DNA of 64,000 bases from NCBI GenBank assembly GCA_977862235.1, contig OZ374558.1, positions 2,666,001-2,730,000 on the forward strand. Direction: 5' to 3'. Positions 10,995 through 22,049 of this stretch are shown piece by piece. The DNA is from Dudresnaya verticillata (Eukaryota). Within the stretch, counting starts at the first letter, position 1. Every line of letters starts with the position of its first letter. Under the pieces are notes generated by a model, which was not told the origin of the DNA, did not search any database, and saw nothing but the letters and a program-made list of their open reading frames with translations. Both the position numbers and the translations under genes were made by a program.

Positions 10995-11692
10995 AAAGGA
11001 AAATATTAATCAGATTTTCTGGCGGTCACATGAGTGTCTTCATATAGTCATTCTTCGAGTGATTTTTATTAGAACCCTCTTCACGATCCGGAGTCCAGAT
11101 CTCCTCTGGTTGCAGTGTGGTTGTACTGCAAATCAAATAATTGCAGTTTTCGCCCCTTTTCGTGTGGATTCGTGCGTGTATCCAGAATATGACGGCGATC
11201 CCGAAACATATTACTATCAGCCAGCGTCATTCGCAAAATATTCACACGAAGGCCGGGTGTGAGATGCACTTTTCGGTTTCCGAAATAGACGAAGATGACC
11301 TTGAATAGATTAAGAATATCCATTCCCGAACTCATTGTATTTAGACTTTCTTGATATGGCCAAAGATTAAGTAGATTTTGCGAACAAAAAACGCTGGACT
11401 GTCCTGTTATTGTTGATATAGGGCCCTATTCAAACCCTAAGTTTATCGTATCTTCCACTAAGCGTCAACGAAGTCTATCAATTCCCAACTGCTCCAAAGA
11501 GGCTGTGACGCGCACGAATCCACACGAAAAGCGTGCGAAAACTGCAATTTTTTGGCTTCCGGTACAACTTCACTTCATTCATCGGAGATCTGAACTCCGG
11601 ACCGTGAAGAGGTTTCTGCTAAAATCGCTGGAAGACTTAGTATATGAACACACTGATGTGACCGCCAGAAAAGCCGAGCAATCTCTTCCTTG
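10995..11692. mobile_element. Foldback/MITE-like element with ~170-bp imperfect terminal inverted repeats
   Basis: 11015-11179 is the reverse complement of 11508-11672 (e.g. ttttctggcggtcaca / tgtgaccgccagaaaa; cttttcgtgtggattcgtgcg / cgcacgaatccacacgaaaag); no TSD identified. Confidence 0.7.
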
Positions 11693-11733
11693 TCTGACCG
11701 GCATTTCTCAGAGGGTCTTTTCGGTGATTCAAA

Positions 11734-13206
11734 ATGGTCGCAATCTTTTCAATTCCGGCCTTTTTCATTGTCCTTCGAGAGGTTCTGGAAGCCTGCCTGG
11801 TTGTGGGGATTATTTTAGCATACTTGAATAAGACAGGGGCAACGCAGTTCCGAAAATGGGTGTGGTTGGGTACCGCGGCGGGTATAGCGGGTTCTCTTGC
11901 TGTCGGACTTGCATTTGCAATTGTCTTCTTCGTCACCGGGGACCAGCTTTTCACCGGTAAGACAGAGAAAATATTCGAAGGAGTCGCATTCCTGGTGGCA
12001 GCAGCGTTACTCACTTGGATGATCATATGGATCATGGTAATGGGCAAAAACCTGCGCGCCAAAATGGAGGAAGAACTTGAAGGAATCCTTGAGGCTGGCA
12101 GGTCTATGAAGTCTATGAAGACTTCAATCTTTCTCATGGTTTTCGTTCAAATTCTGAGAGAGGGAATTGAAACAGTCATTTTTCTGATTGGCACAGCAGG
12201 TGCTGATGATGTCGGCGGATGGAAAGCAATTCCTTTGCCAGGTGTTTTAGCCCTTATTGTCGGTGTTTTAGTGAGCTACATCGTATTCAGGGGACTCGTA
12301 AGTCTTGATCTACTTCTCTTCTTTAAGATCAGCTCCTACGTTCTGATGGCGTTCGCAGCTGGACTCGTAAGTCATGCATTCCACGAGCTCCAGGAAGTGG
12401 ACCTTTTCGGGCCGTGGAAACCGGCCGAAGAGAGAGATTGGTACAATGCAGTCATGTGGTCGACCAAGGCATGCTGCCATGATAAGAAGAATGAGTTTTT
12501 TGCGATGCTTCGGGCTCTGTTCGGCTATCAGGACACGCCTACTTTTGTTGAGTGGGTTACCTATTTCGCATATTGGCTTATAATTATCGTCGTTTTCACC
12601 GTAATCAACTGGAAATTTATCAGATCTTCTAGAAACTCCGTGAAGCAAAGCACTGAAATGATGGTGCTCGGAAGTCTTTTAGTTACCTTTGTCGGCTTCG
12701 TATACACCATGATTAACATTACTTGGATTGGAACCGTCACAATGACTATCGGCTTTATTCTCGCAATACTGTCAACAGCTGTTATATTCGAATTTGTGTT
12801 CAAGAGATTCTCCGGCTTACAAGCATCCCGGCGCACGATCTCCTTTACGCTTGGTATTGCCTTCGGTGCCTTGACCCTATTCATGCTTATCCTCCATTGG
12901 GTGGAACTAGAGTGCCAAGGTGGGGAAGAATGTACTTTACCTACTTTCTATTTCTTCGGCCTTATTTTCAACGGCGAATTTAACAGCCGTGGACGGGAGG
13001 AAACAATGTGGCCATCCATTGCCGTTCTGTCGTTCTCCTTCGTTGTGACATTTTTCTTCTTTGGATACCTGTCCTTCTGCCTCATTCTTTTCGCACTCAA
13101 CGTCGACGAACAAGGAAAGTACCTGAAGGATGATGAAGTCTCCGCTGTTCACGTTGTAGACGAAGAATCTTCTCTTATAGACGTTGAAGGATCTAAGTCT
13201 CAGTAG
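11734..13206 (+). CDS. FTR1: High-affinity iron permease, FTR1/EfeU family, with a long hydrophobic C-terminal extension
   Basis: Two REXXE motifs (LREVLEA, LREGIET), EKIFEG, AAGLVSHAFHELQE, LFGYQDTPT; multiple TM helices; intact 490-aa ORF. Confidence 0.93.
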   Translation: MVAIFSIPAFFIVLREVLEACLVVGIILAYLNKTGATQFRKWVWLGTAAGIAGSLAVGLAFAIVFFVTGDQLFTGKTEKIFEGVAFLVAAALLTWMIIWIMVMGKNLRAKMEEELEGILEAGRSMKSMKTSIFLMVFVQILREGIETVIFLIGTAGADDVGGWKAIPLPGVLALIVGVLVSYIVFRGLVSLDLLLFFKISSYVLMAFAAGLVSHAFHELQEVDLFGPWKPAEERDWYNAVMWSTKACCHDKKNEFFAMLRALFGYQDTPTFVEWVTYFAYWLIIIVVFTVINWKFIRSSRNSVKQSTEMMVLGSLLVTFVGFVYTMINITWIGTVTMTIGFILAILSTAVIFEFVFKRFSGLQASRRTISFTLGIAFGALTLFMLILHWVELECQGGEECTLPTFYFFGLIFNGEFNSRGREETMWPSIAVLSFSFVVTFFFFGYLSFCLILFALNVDEQGKYLKDDEVSAVHVVDEESSLIDVEGSKSQ

Positions 13207-14589
13207 GGCTTGGTTAGAATAGCATGTTCCTCAGGCTGGAAAATGGTGAAATTAATGGGCTGCTTTCTGAAAATATGAATAGAATTAATTTCGTCACGTT
13301 AACTTTTGAACATTATATCTTATTTTCGGGTGCGTTTTCTTGCCGCTTCAGATATTATGATTCTCAAAATGAGATTTACACACAGTTGTGTATTGAATCT
13401 TATTGCATACTTTGCGCACTAGTGACGCTTAAGTAAAACTGCAGAACCATTACGGCTATATGTTTCGCTATACGTTTCTGCTTTTAACGCTAATACAACC
13501 ATTTACACATACTTGTTCGAGCTTGAGTGCGCACCGAAATTAGAAATGTCTCTGTTGTTAAATAGTTAGACCTTGAGCCCAGGAGTAAATTGTCAATTTC
13601 CATTTCTAACGGAAATTTGGTCAATTAATTGTCTTACCCAATTGAGAAACCTGCTCTGAAGCCCCAATAAATAACTCAAAATCGCCCGCGCGAGCAAGAT
13701 TATCGAACACACATAATGTGATCAATAGTAATCCGGGTGGCACTTTAATGTATTTGGATCTGTCTTGATGTATATTTCATGAGCCGCTCATCACCTAATG
13801 GTTCCATATATATAACACATATCTCTAATAAAGTTTCTTTCCTGTCTTGGAATTTTCGTCTCTGCATTGGAATCAGAAACATACCCTGATTTGTATATAT
13901 TCACTCAAAAGAGGATAACTAGGTCAGCGCAACGGTGCCAGCTGTTTTAGTATTTCTCTATATTTGTTTCAAATGTTCGTAGCATTAACTCTGAAGATAG
14001 CTCTAATGATGTCTCGAAAGGAGCAGAGACGTTCAAGATCTTCCGACTATTCGGACCTAACGAAATTATATTTTCCAAGACAAGTTTAGTGACCTCAATC
14101 TTTGCGATAGTTTGCACAATCAGAACAAAAATTTAGAAAATCACTCTGATGCTTCCTGAGGCCCCTAGATTATCACATAAATATTCAACTTCCTTTTCGA
14201 AAACGTTTCCTCAAAGGTCTTTTTGCTTATATATGAGGGTCCCTGCTTTGAACGGTAAACTATGCTGCGTGTTATAAGCGTTTTGAACAGTCTCCGTGGA
14301 GTGCCTAATCGTTCACATTGAACGTCAGGTTCCGGAGTTGGAAGGGTTAGAAATCGTCTGGACGGGCCCTCAGTAGCGGATACTCGGGTTTGTCACCTCT
14401 CTACTCGATGCACTTACCTCGTATAGCATCCGGCGATGGCAAAGACAGACTGTCCTGGACTCAACTAGGGTTATGAACCATTTCTCCGTTTCGACCTTTT
14501 CTCGTGGCGACTTCACTCCATTCATCTTAAAACACGTGTCCGGCACTTGAGCACGTGTCAAAAACTTAATTGAACTCTGCACGCTTTTC

Positions 14590-14680
14590 ATCCGGGTTGT
14601 GCACGTTTCAGCGGCACCCAACGTGTCAACGGCTGGTACGGACCGAATTTTATCAATTGCTAGGAGTTCTCCGCACCTAG
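14590..14680 (+). pseudogene. Possible relic of a Gypsy aspartic protease
   Basis: ggaccgaattttatc = GPNFI, as in DTGAGPNFI of the element at 19741; the surroundings are decayed. Confidence 0.2.
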
Positions 14681-15507
14681 CCTGTACCCTTTCTTCGTTG
14701 TTGTATAGCTGCAACACCAGCTGTGCCACGCATGCCCAGCGGCAAGACCAGCTGCGCCACGTGTCCCACTCTGTTCGCACGCTGTCAGCCGGTGACATCG
14801 AAGCCAGGTTGCGCTGTAAGCAAGTGCGCTGTAATTCCCACGCGTACGCGTGTGACACTGACACTCCTGTTTGATTTATACGCTCATTTTTTGCGTGTAC
14901 AATGCAGTCTATCTTAAGCGGTATTCTAACGCCTTGCTGCTCCGCCCACCGTACCGCGCACGACGCAGGGCCCGGACACACTCCGGCGTCGAGCTGTTGA
15001 GTACGCGGCGGACCGTTACACCTGCGTTTGCCCCCGGATACACGTTGTCCTACGTGTTGACACGAGTTGGGGCGCGTCGGCGCACCTCCCGGGTAGGTGC
15101 CGCCGCGGCGTGTAGTTAGTCGATTTAAGGATAATCTCCAATCATGGCTAAAGAAAGATAACAAGCACCGGCCCATGCTGAAAGCTTTCTCTTGTCTCGT
15201 CGGGTTGGATCCCTGTCCTTTTCCCGACGGCGTTCCGCTTTTCCAAATCATTCTAGGCTTTTCTTTTTCCTTTCCACCGTCGGCTTCGTGCCGCCCCACG
15301 ACGTTGGGATCCGGCCACTGCCGCTCGCGTACCGCAGGCCCCATGTGTGCTCAGGTTTCGATACAGTCAGATCCGAGGCCATCGGCCGAGTACGCGGCCG
15401 ACACTCCCGCTCTACCACAAGCTACTACTGCCCATCGACGGCTCTGGTTGCTACTTTGGACTAGTCCGCATAGATGCCCAGTTCGACCTGACGTCTATGC
15501 TATTCTG

Positions 15508-15557
15508 TTGGCCTCCTAAGCTACATATTTCGGGTTCGAATCCCGACAGGAGTACCA
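15508..15557 (+). tRNA. 3' two-thirds of tRNA-Arg(CCT) with encoded CCA; pseudogene/retrocopy
   Basis: ttggc-ctCCTaa-gctac anticodon arm, tcggg-ttcgaat-cccga T arm, caggagt-a-cca; D arm and 5' acceptor strand not recognisable. Confidence 0.75.
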
Positions 15558-15889
15558 CAGTGATTATTGTCATGGCGTTGTAGGCTGCTATATGCGGCCA
15601 GTCATAGGTCTCGTGCAAGGAGTAGAATATCTTGTTCTGTCCAGAATCGTCCTTGAGGAGGGAGTGGTGCGCGAGCGTAGAAGCCGAGGCTGTAACGACT
15701 CGGGCACCACTATCTTATCCAGCGAAGGTATGACCGGATGATGGCGGAATAGGGGCCCATCCACGTCCTCGTAGAAGTGACTGTCCGGTCTACGTGACTG
15801 TCTTGACAGTGCTGTCAGGCAGAAGGAATCGTGTTTCTGTGCGTCCACGAATTCCTCGACGGAAATTGGTGAAAGGAACCGCTGCGCGG
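15558..15889 (-). pseudogene. Gypsy pol relic (pre-integrase / zinc-binding region)
   Basis: PISVEEFVDAQKHDSFC...IVVPESLQPRLL, then frameshifted TYDWPHIAA, equivalent to VTHEELVHAQ...VVVPSALRARLL...YYWPSM in the pol at 59308-61509. Confidence 0.75.
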
Positions 15890-16791
15890 TGTGGTACAAG
15901 GGGAGGTGAGGCCTTTTTCGCTGAAAGCGGGCAGACCAAATACGTCGACCGACGGAGAAACCGCCACCGGCGCTCACCACCACCGTTGGCGCGCGAACAC
16001 GTCATCGACGGCTCACTGGGGCGCGCGCGCACACTGCGCGCCGCGCACCACGCGGGCACTGTACGGTGATGGGCCGACGTGGCGCCCCGGGGCACTGTGA
16101 TACGGATCCAGATGGGATCCGGGTCCGGTATCCAGATTGGCTTTCTGGATCGCCTGAGCTGTAAAGTACGCGCCTGTAAGGCTGCGGGTGTTCGCATTGC
16201 TGGCCCGATCCGGATGGGATCGGGATCGGACAAGTATCGGATTAGATCCAAGGCGCACGCTCTACAGTACGAGCGCGCGCACGGCTGTAAGGCACACGCG
16301 TCCACGTGTGCGTGTAAGCACCCACATAGGGGGTTGTACGGCAACCTGTCAGGCGCGCAGCTGCATGCGATGGGTGATCTGTCAGACGCGCCTCGGGACG
16401 ACACGTGTCCCGAGTTCCCGCGCTACGCACACGCACCGCCGCCGCCGCACCGCCGTACTATACTTAGGTAAGCCGTCCCAGACGTAACAGTAAACGCCCG
16501 GGCAAGCCGGCCTTGGTCCAGACTTCCCCGTTCCGCACGCGCATATCCTACCGCTGCCTACGGCTCAAGCGTCTACCTCCCGTGCTTCCACGTCTACCAT
16601 CGTCCTTGACGTGTTCCCTTTCTGTTTCCTTTTCCCTTCCTTTCCGCCTCGGGCGTTTACAGTCCGCCCAAGGCTTGTCCTTTGCTCTACCAACAAGTCG
16701 CCCAAGGCGAGGCTACTCACCGCCAAAGGCGCAGCTACCCACCGAGCCCCGAACTGCTCGGCGGTCTATCCTCTCAGACGTTTGCACCACA
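15890..16791 (+). repeat. 5' LTR, family A copy 1
   Basis: Direct repeat of 25870-26771, ~20 substitutions counted by eye. Confidence 0.97.
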
Positions 16792-16793
16792 TC

Positions 16794-16807
16794 TGGTCTC
16801 CCGACCT
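16794..16807 (+). promoter_or_regulatory. Primer binding site TGGTCTCCCGACCT (probably tRNA-Tyr)
   Basis: 2 nt after the LTR; implies a primer with G72/A73, the eukaryotic tRNA-Tyr identity set; identical site at 35458-35471. Confidence 0.7.
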
Positions 16808-16917
16808 AGAATTGTGCTACGTTTCAACGAGTTATTCCGTCGTGCGACGTCCGACTCTCCGTCTTCAGACGTTTGTCGCTAATCGTCCACGACGTTCAAG
16901 CAACTCTACATTGTAAC

Positions 16918-19473
16918 ATGGCCTCACGACCACCGCCGTCGCGAGGCCCAAGTTCAAGAAGACCGTCTTCGACGCCTGGGAGTGTATCCGCGTCAGAACG
17001 GTCGCTACAGCGGATGACAACGAGGTCTGGGCGCCTCGTGAGCCCCGAGATCGCGTCGGCGTTCCCGACGCTACCCCGGGCCATGGCCACGCAGGCTCCC
17101 ACGCGTCGCTCAACGGAGGAGAGTTACCTCCCCCGCCGACGCGCAACCCCGTCGTCGTCCGCACCTCAGTCCCCGAGGGATCGGCCCTCCGCACCTACCG
17201 CTCCTACGTTGACTCGGCTGATACAGTACAAGCCGAGCAACAGGACGTCGTAGACGGAACACAAGCCGACATCGTCGAGGGACAGCCGGAACTTCCGGAT
17301 CAACCAACCAGCCCCGTCAACGAAGATCAAGGGCACTCCGCGGAGCGCAACGTCGTTGACGAACCATTGACACACGGGGCATGTTGCCCCACTCCCCACG
17401 GCAGTGCCGGTTGTTCGCCGGCTAAGCCGAAGTCGCCAAGTCAAAGGGCGCAAGGGACGCCCGACCGGTCAAACCGCGAAAGCCAACCGCTAACGGCGTC
17501 ACCCTCGGCCGTCCGCGTGAGTAACGTAACGATACTACGCGAACGGATCCGAGAGGTGTGCGTCTTGGAGGACGATGCGATGCTCGCTAGATTCGCCGGG
17601 TTGCTGGACGACAGTGTCGGAGGAATCGCAAGTCGTCTACAGACGTTGGAAGAGGATCGGAACGGCGCCTTACAAGGGCTTCGATCCGACCTCGACCGTC
17701 TATTGACGAACCAAAACGCCCAAGGCGAGGGTACACAAACACCGCCGGCGGTAACGGTTCATTCGCATTCTGAGCTTAGCTCACGCGAACGCTTTCAGCG
17801 ACTTGAGACTCGCTTAGAGCGTCTCGAAACTGCCAAGTGGCGCAACGGTCCACTTTCGGTCGACGAGAGCTCATGCGAAGATCGTCACAGACGTAAGGAT
17901 CGGAAGAGACGTCGTCGCAAGCTGCGTCAGAGACGGAAGAAGAACCGTCATCGACGTGGGGACTCATCCTCGTCCTCTTCGGACTCGTCAAGTGACGGAG
18001 AGTCATCAGACTCTTCGTCTGAGGACGACGACTTCCCAGCTCTCGGCAGTGCCGCAAGACCTCGCGGAAAGTGGTTCAAGCGGTTGAAGGAGCTACGCCC
18101 CTCCAACCTCTTTTTCGATCAGTTATTATCGTACCGGACTTACCGTCTCAAAGACGTAGGGCAAAAACGCTCAGAGCGCGACACGGGTAAGGTCAAGGAC
18201 CATATCAAGCGCCTGGAGCTGACCATGAAGGACGCCGCTTTCAACGGCAGCGACCCCGTCATGGTCCTCGAGTTCCTGACGCGTTACGCGGATGAAGCCG
18301 ATACGCTGGAGATGAGCGAATCCCAAGCGTTCCTCGCGCTGCCGTACTTCTTGCGAGGTACGGCAGCCACATAATTCTGCTCCGTCAAGTCGACGTCTTC
18401 GCACCATCGCGGCGGTGTGTCCTCGCATCCGGAGGCGGTACAGTACCTCCTCCGTACGTATGCTACGCCAGCGGCGATCAGGGACGCTGTCCTCGCCCTA
18501 CGGTCGACTGCCCAGAAGCAAGGCGAGGAAGAGACGACCTATGGGATGTGGCTAGCCGGTGCGTGTATTCGTTGCGGTAACGTATATCCCGATTGGGAAA
18601 GATGACGCTGTACATCGACGGGTTAGACCCGTCGATCAGGTCCCTGGTCGCTCTCTTCCGAGAAGAAACGCCAAGGGCGGAGTTGTCATTTGAGCGGCTG
18701 GTCCACTTCGCACAGGACGAAGGGGATTCCAACCGCGCACGACACGGCAGGGCCGGTTCCGCGTCAGCACGACGTGACCTACTGACACCGGCTCAAGCCG
18801 TACGCACATCGCGATCCGCCATCGCATACCCGAGGGGTACTGCGTCCACAGACGAGAGGCGCAAAGCCTGGAGCGCGCTATGATAACGGAGTCCTCCGTC
18901 GAGTTCCGAGACGTTAGCCGCCCTGTCGATGACATGGAAACACACGCCGAAGGCGATCTGTACTTGGCAGACGAACAAGCGTCGGTGCGAACCTCGGCTC
19001 TACCGACGGACAGCTACGTCGATGAAGAAGACGAAAGGGATATGGACCCTGCTCTCGCCTTTGGGCGCTCGGTCGTACCCGCGCCACGCGTCCCCTATTC
19101 CGAGTATGCTCCTCACGTTCACCGAGCAAGGCCCGGATGGCAGGACAGAGGTCCGCCCCGTCAAGACGCGCGTCGGCAGCTGGTATGCCAGCAATGCTAC
19201 GCCCGCTGACACATCGCGCCGGACTGCTTCCTCCGCATGAGCGACTTCATGAAGGTTATTACCAACTATGAAGGACTAACGGAAGCCGAGAAGGCTGGTG
19301 TCCCCGCTGATGCGTATGTACGTTGCAAGGAACGCGCGACCCGCGACGCTGCTCGCCGTGCTGTACGGCCACAATCACCACGAGGCGGATCCATGCCGCA
19401 CGCGGCAGAACGTCATCCGACGATGATCAATCGCTATGTAGCGCCACAACAACCGCCGCAGGCGAAAAACTAA
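16918..19473 (+). pseudogene. Gag, with stops and frameshifts
   Basis: FNGSDPVMVLEFL capsid-like segment, YIDGL motif, CCHC knuckle CQQCYAR*HIAPDC. Confidence 0.85.
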
Positions 19474-22049
19474 CTCGGGCACCAACTCCTGGCACTGGGG
19501 TGTCGCACCGCGAAGAGAAGCCTAGGCCTCGGGTGGTGACACGGAAGGAGGGCCCGGCGTTAGTTACCGATGACGCCAACGGGCGGATAGAGTCGTCACA
19601 GACGTCATTAAAACGCCCATGGCGAAGGTACCAGCCCCCCAGGCGCGAGGGCAGTTGTTCGTAATGGCCAAGAGGAACTATAAGGTGTACGCCGATTTGG
19701 GCGCAACCGTTAGTACCTTGGCACGTAAACTCACTGTCCTCGACACGGGGGCTGGTCCGAATTTCATTCGCATTGACGACATTCCGCTGGAAGCGCGATC
19801 GCGCATCGTGGCAAAGAGCCTCCCCGTCATAGCCGACGCCAACAATAAGGCGATGCAGACAACAGGCACCATCGACCTGGTTGTTCGTATTGGACGGAGA
19901 GTCGTCAAGTTGGAACTGATCGTTTGCGAACGACTCGCTGCGCCGGTTATACTCGGCTGCAACTTTTGCGACCGCTTCGTCGAAGCAATATATCCGCGAA
20001 GTCGCGAGGTTGAATTGGATGACGGGACTCGTGTCCCTATAACGCGCCGCCCGCTGCGCCGACCCCCGTCGTATCCTCCGTTACCAACGGAACAGGAATA
20101 CGGCAAGGCCGAAGGAAGGACGTCGCCGAAGATCCGATTCGCCGAGCGCGCGATCATCCTGCCTAAGGCGCAGCAATGGGTATCGGTTACCACCGAGCGC
20201 GCCGGCATCATCACCATTCAACCGTTCGGAACGCTGTACGACAAACAAGGTCTGGCCGTTACGAACGGGATTGCTCAAGTGGAGCCGCTAAAAGCGTTTC
20301 GCATTCTGGTTGCCAACTTCTCTCCCCGCCCGCAGGCGCTGGCCAAGGGCCAAGTTCTCGCGACTGTGTTACCACATCCGACAGCAGTGTTCCCCAGTCA
20401 CGTAAGTCTAGCCGATGTTTTGGGCCTCACAGAGGAACAGGCCGAGGAAGAGAAGGCAAACCAAGATTTCCGTTTTCAAACGAACGATAACACTGCGGCA
20501 CAGCCGGATACTTTCACGAAGTCTATCGAGGCAACCACTGCCAAACCTCCGTGAGTAGACGATTTAGACCTGGGACATCTCCCCGCCGAGCATCAAGGCC
20601 GGCTTAAGGAGATTTTGTGCAAGTATTCGTCTATGTGGGACGGTTCGTTGGGAGAAATCTCAACCACGGAGCACTACATCGACTTGCTTCCCGGCTCTAG
20701 ACCGATATAGTCCCCGCCCTACCGAGCAGGACCGAAGCAAAGACAACTCGCTCAAGCGGAAGTGGACCGCATGATGCGTCAAGGGTTATCGAACCCGCAC
20801 AATCGCCGTGGGCGTCACCAGTGGTCTTCGCCCCCAAGAAGGACGGGACCCTCCGCTTTTGCGTAGAATACCGCACGAAGCGAGGAAACAAGTTCCTACT
20901 CGTCATTGTGGACCGCTTCTCGAAGCTGGTCCGGACGGTCCCAATGCGTAGTATTACGGCATTGGAAATCACTAAGGCGTTTGTACGACATTGGGTCTTC
21001 GTGCACGGCCCCCCAAGAAACTGTTGTCCGACAACGGACCACAGTTCGTGGCTAAGCTGTTTCAGGATATCTGCCGTCTTTTGGGAGTGGAGAATCTCTT
21101 CACCACGACGTACCATCCGCAATACAATGGCCAGGTAGAACGATTCAATCGAACTATCCTGACCTCGCTGCGTCACTACGTTGCGGATCATCCGAGAGAC
21201 CGGGACCTGTTCACGGATGCCTTGACGTTCGCATACAACACACAGTTGCATTCATCTGCGCATCTCGCTCCGTTTGAATTGGTGCTGTCTAAGCCACCAC
21301 GGCCATTGTCGCTCGAAGCGGAACCGTCGCTCGAAAGCGTACCCACCGCGGGGCACTACTACACCAAGTGGCGAACCTGGCTGGCCGCACTGATGGGGAC
21401 CGCTAAAGCGTCGTTAGAGAAAACTCAAGCACGTTACAAACGAAACTTCGATACCCGATTAAGGAAATCGAAGGAAGCAATAGCCGTAGGCGACTTCGTA
21501 TTCGTACGTAAGGAATACTTCGCCCGAGGCGGGAGCACGGATCGCGCAGAGCGTAAGCATAAGCTGGCGCCAGTGGCGGATGGACCATACCGGGTAACTC
21601 ACGTTGAAAACGAGACGGTAACCGTCGACAAGGGACGTGATGAGCGGGAACGTTTGTCCCGAGACCGCGTGGTCTGGGCGCCGACCCCACCGGGTCAGGC
21701 GGCCCCTCCAATCGTCGTACCACCAGGCCCGCATGAGGAGCAGGAAGAAGTCGCCCCCACATCACAAGACGAAGGGACGACTACCCCAAGCACGCCACCA
21801 GCGGACCCGGAGGGGGACGCAGAGACTTCGCATACTGCGGGAGATCCGCAAGAGCGTACGATCACAGCGTCACGCAGTCGTGGGTTGGCAGAGCTTTCGC
21901 ACTTCGCCGCCGATCCCGACGACCGCGCTTCGCAATCCGTCTCCAACGACGACAATACCCCAGGGGTCCGCACCCGTTTGGAACACGTCGCTACGGCACC
22001 GCCGAAAGAGAACAATGACTCCGCTGAAAGTGCGTCCGATAACGAATGA
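19464..22049 (+). pseudogene. Pol remnant: protease, RT N-terminus fused to integrase core; RT/RNase H and chromodomain deleted
   Basis: [22 protein letters not shown] joined directly to [36 protein letters not shown]. Confidence 0.92.

Noticed and set aside
14370..15344. 324-aa minus-strand ORF
   Set aside because: No motif or protein-like composition; overlies decayed repeat sequence
15790..16916. Multiple 100-200-aa ORFs within LTRs (also at 25.6-26.9, 29.4-30.0 and 52.7-53.7 kb)
   Set aside because: GC-rich LTR shadow ORFs in all frames
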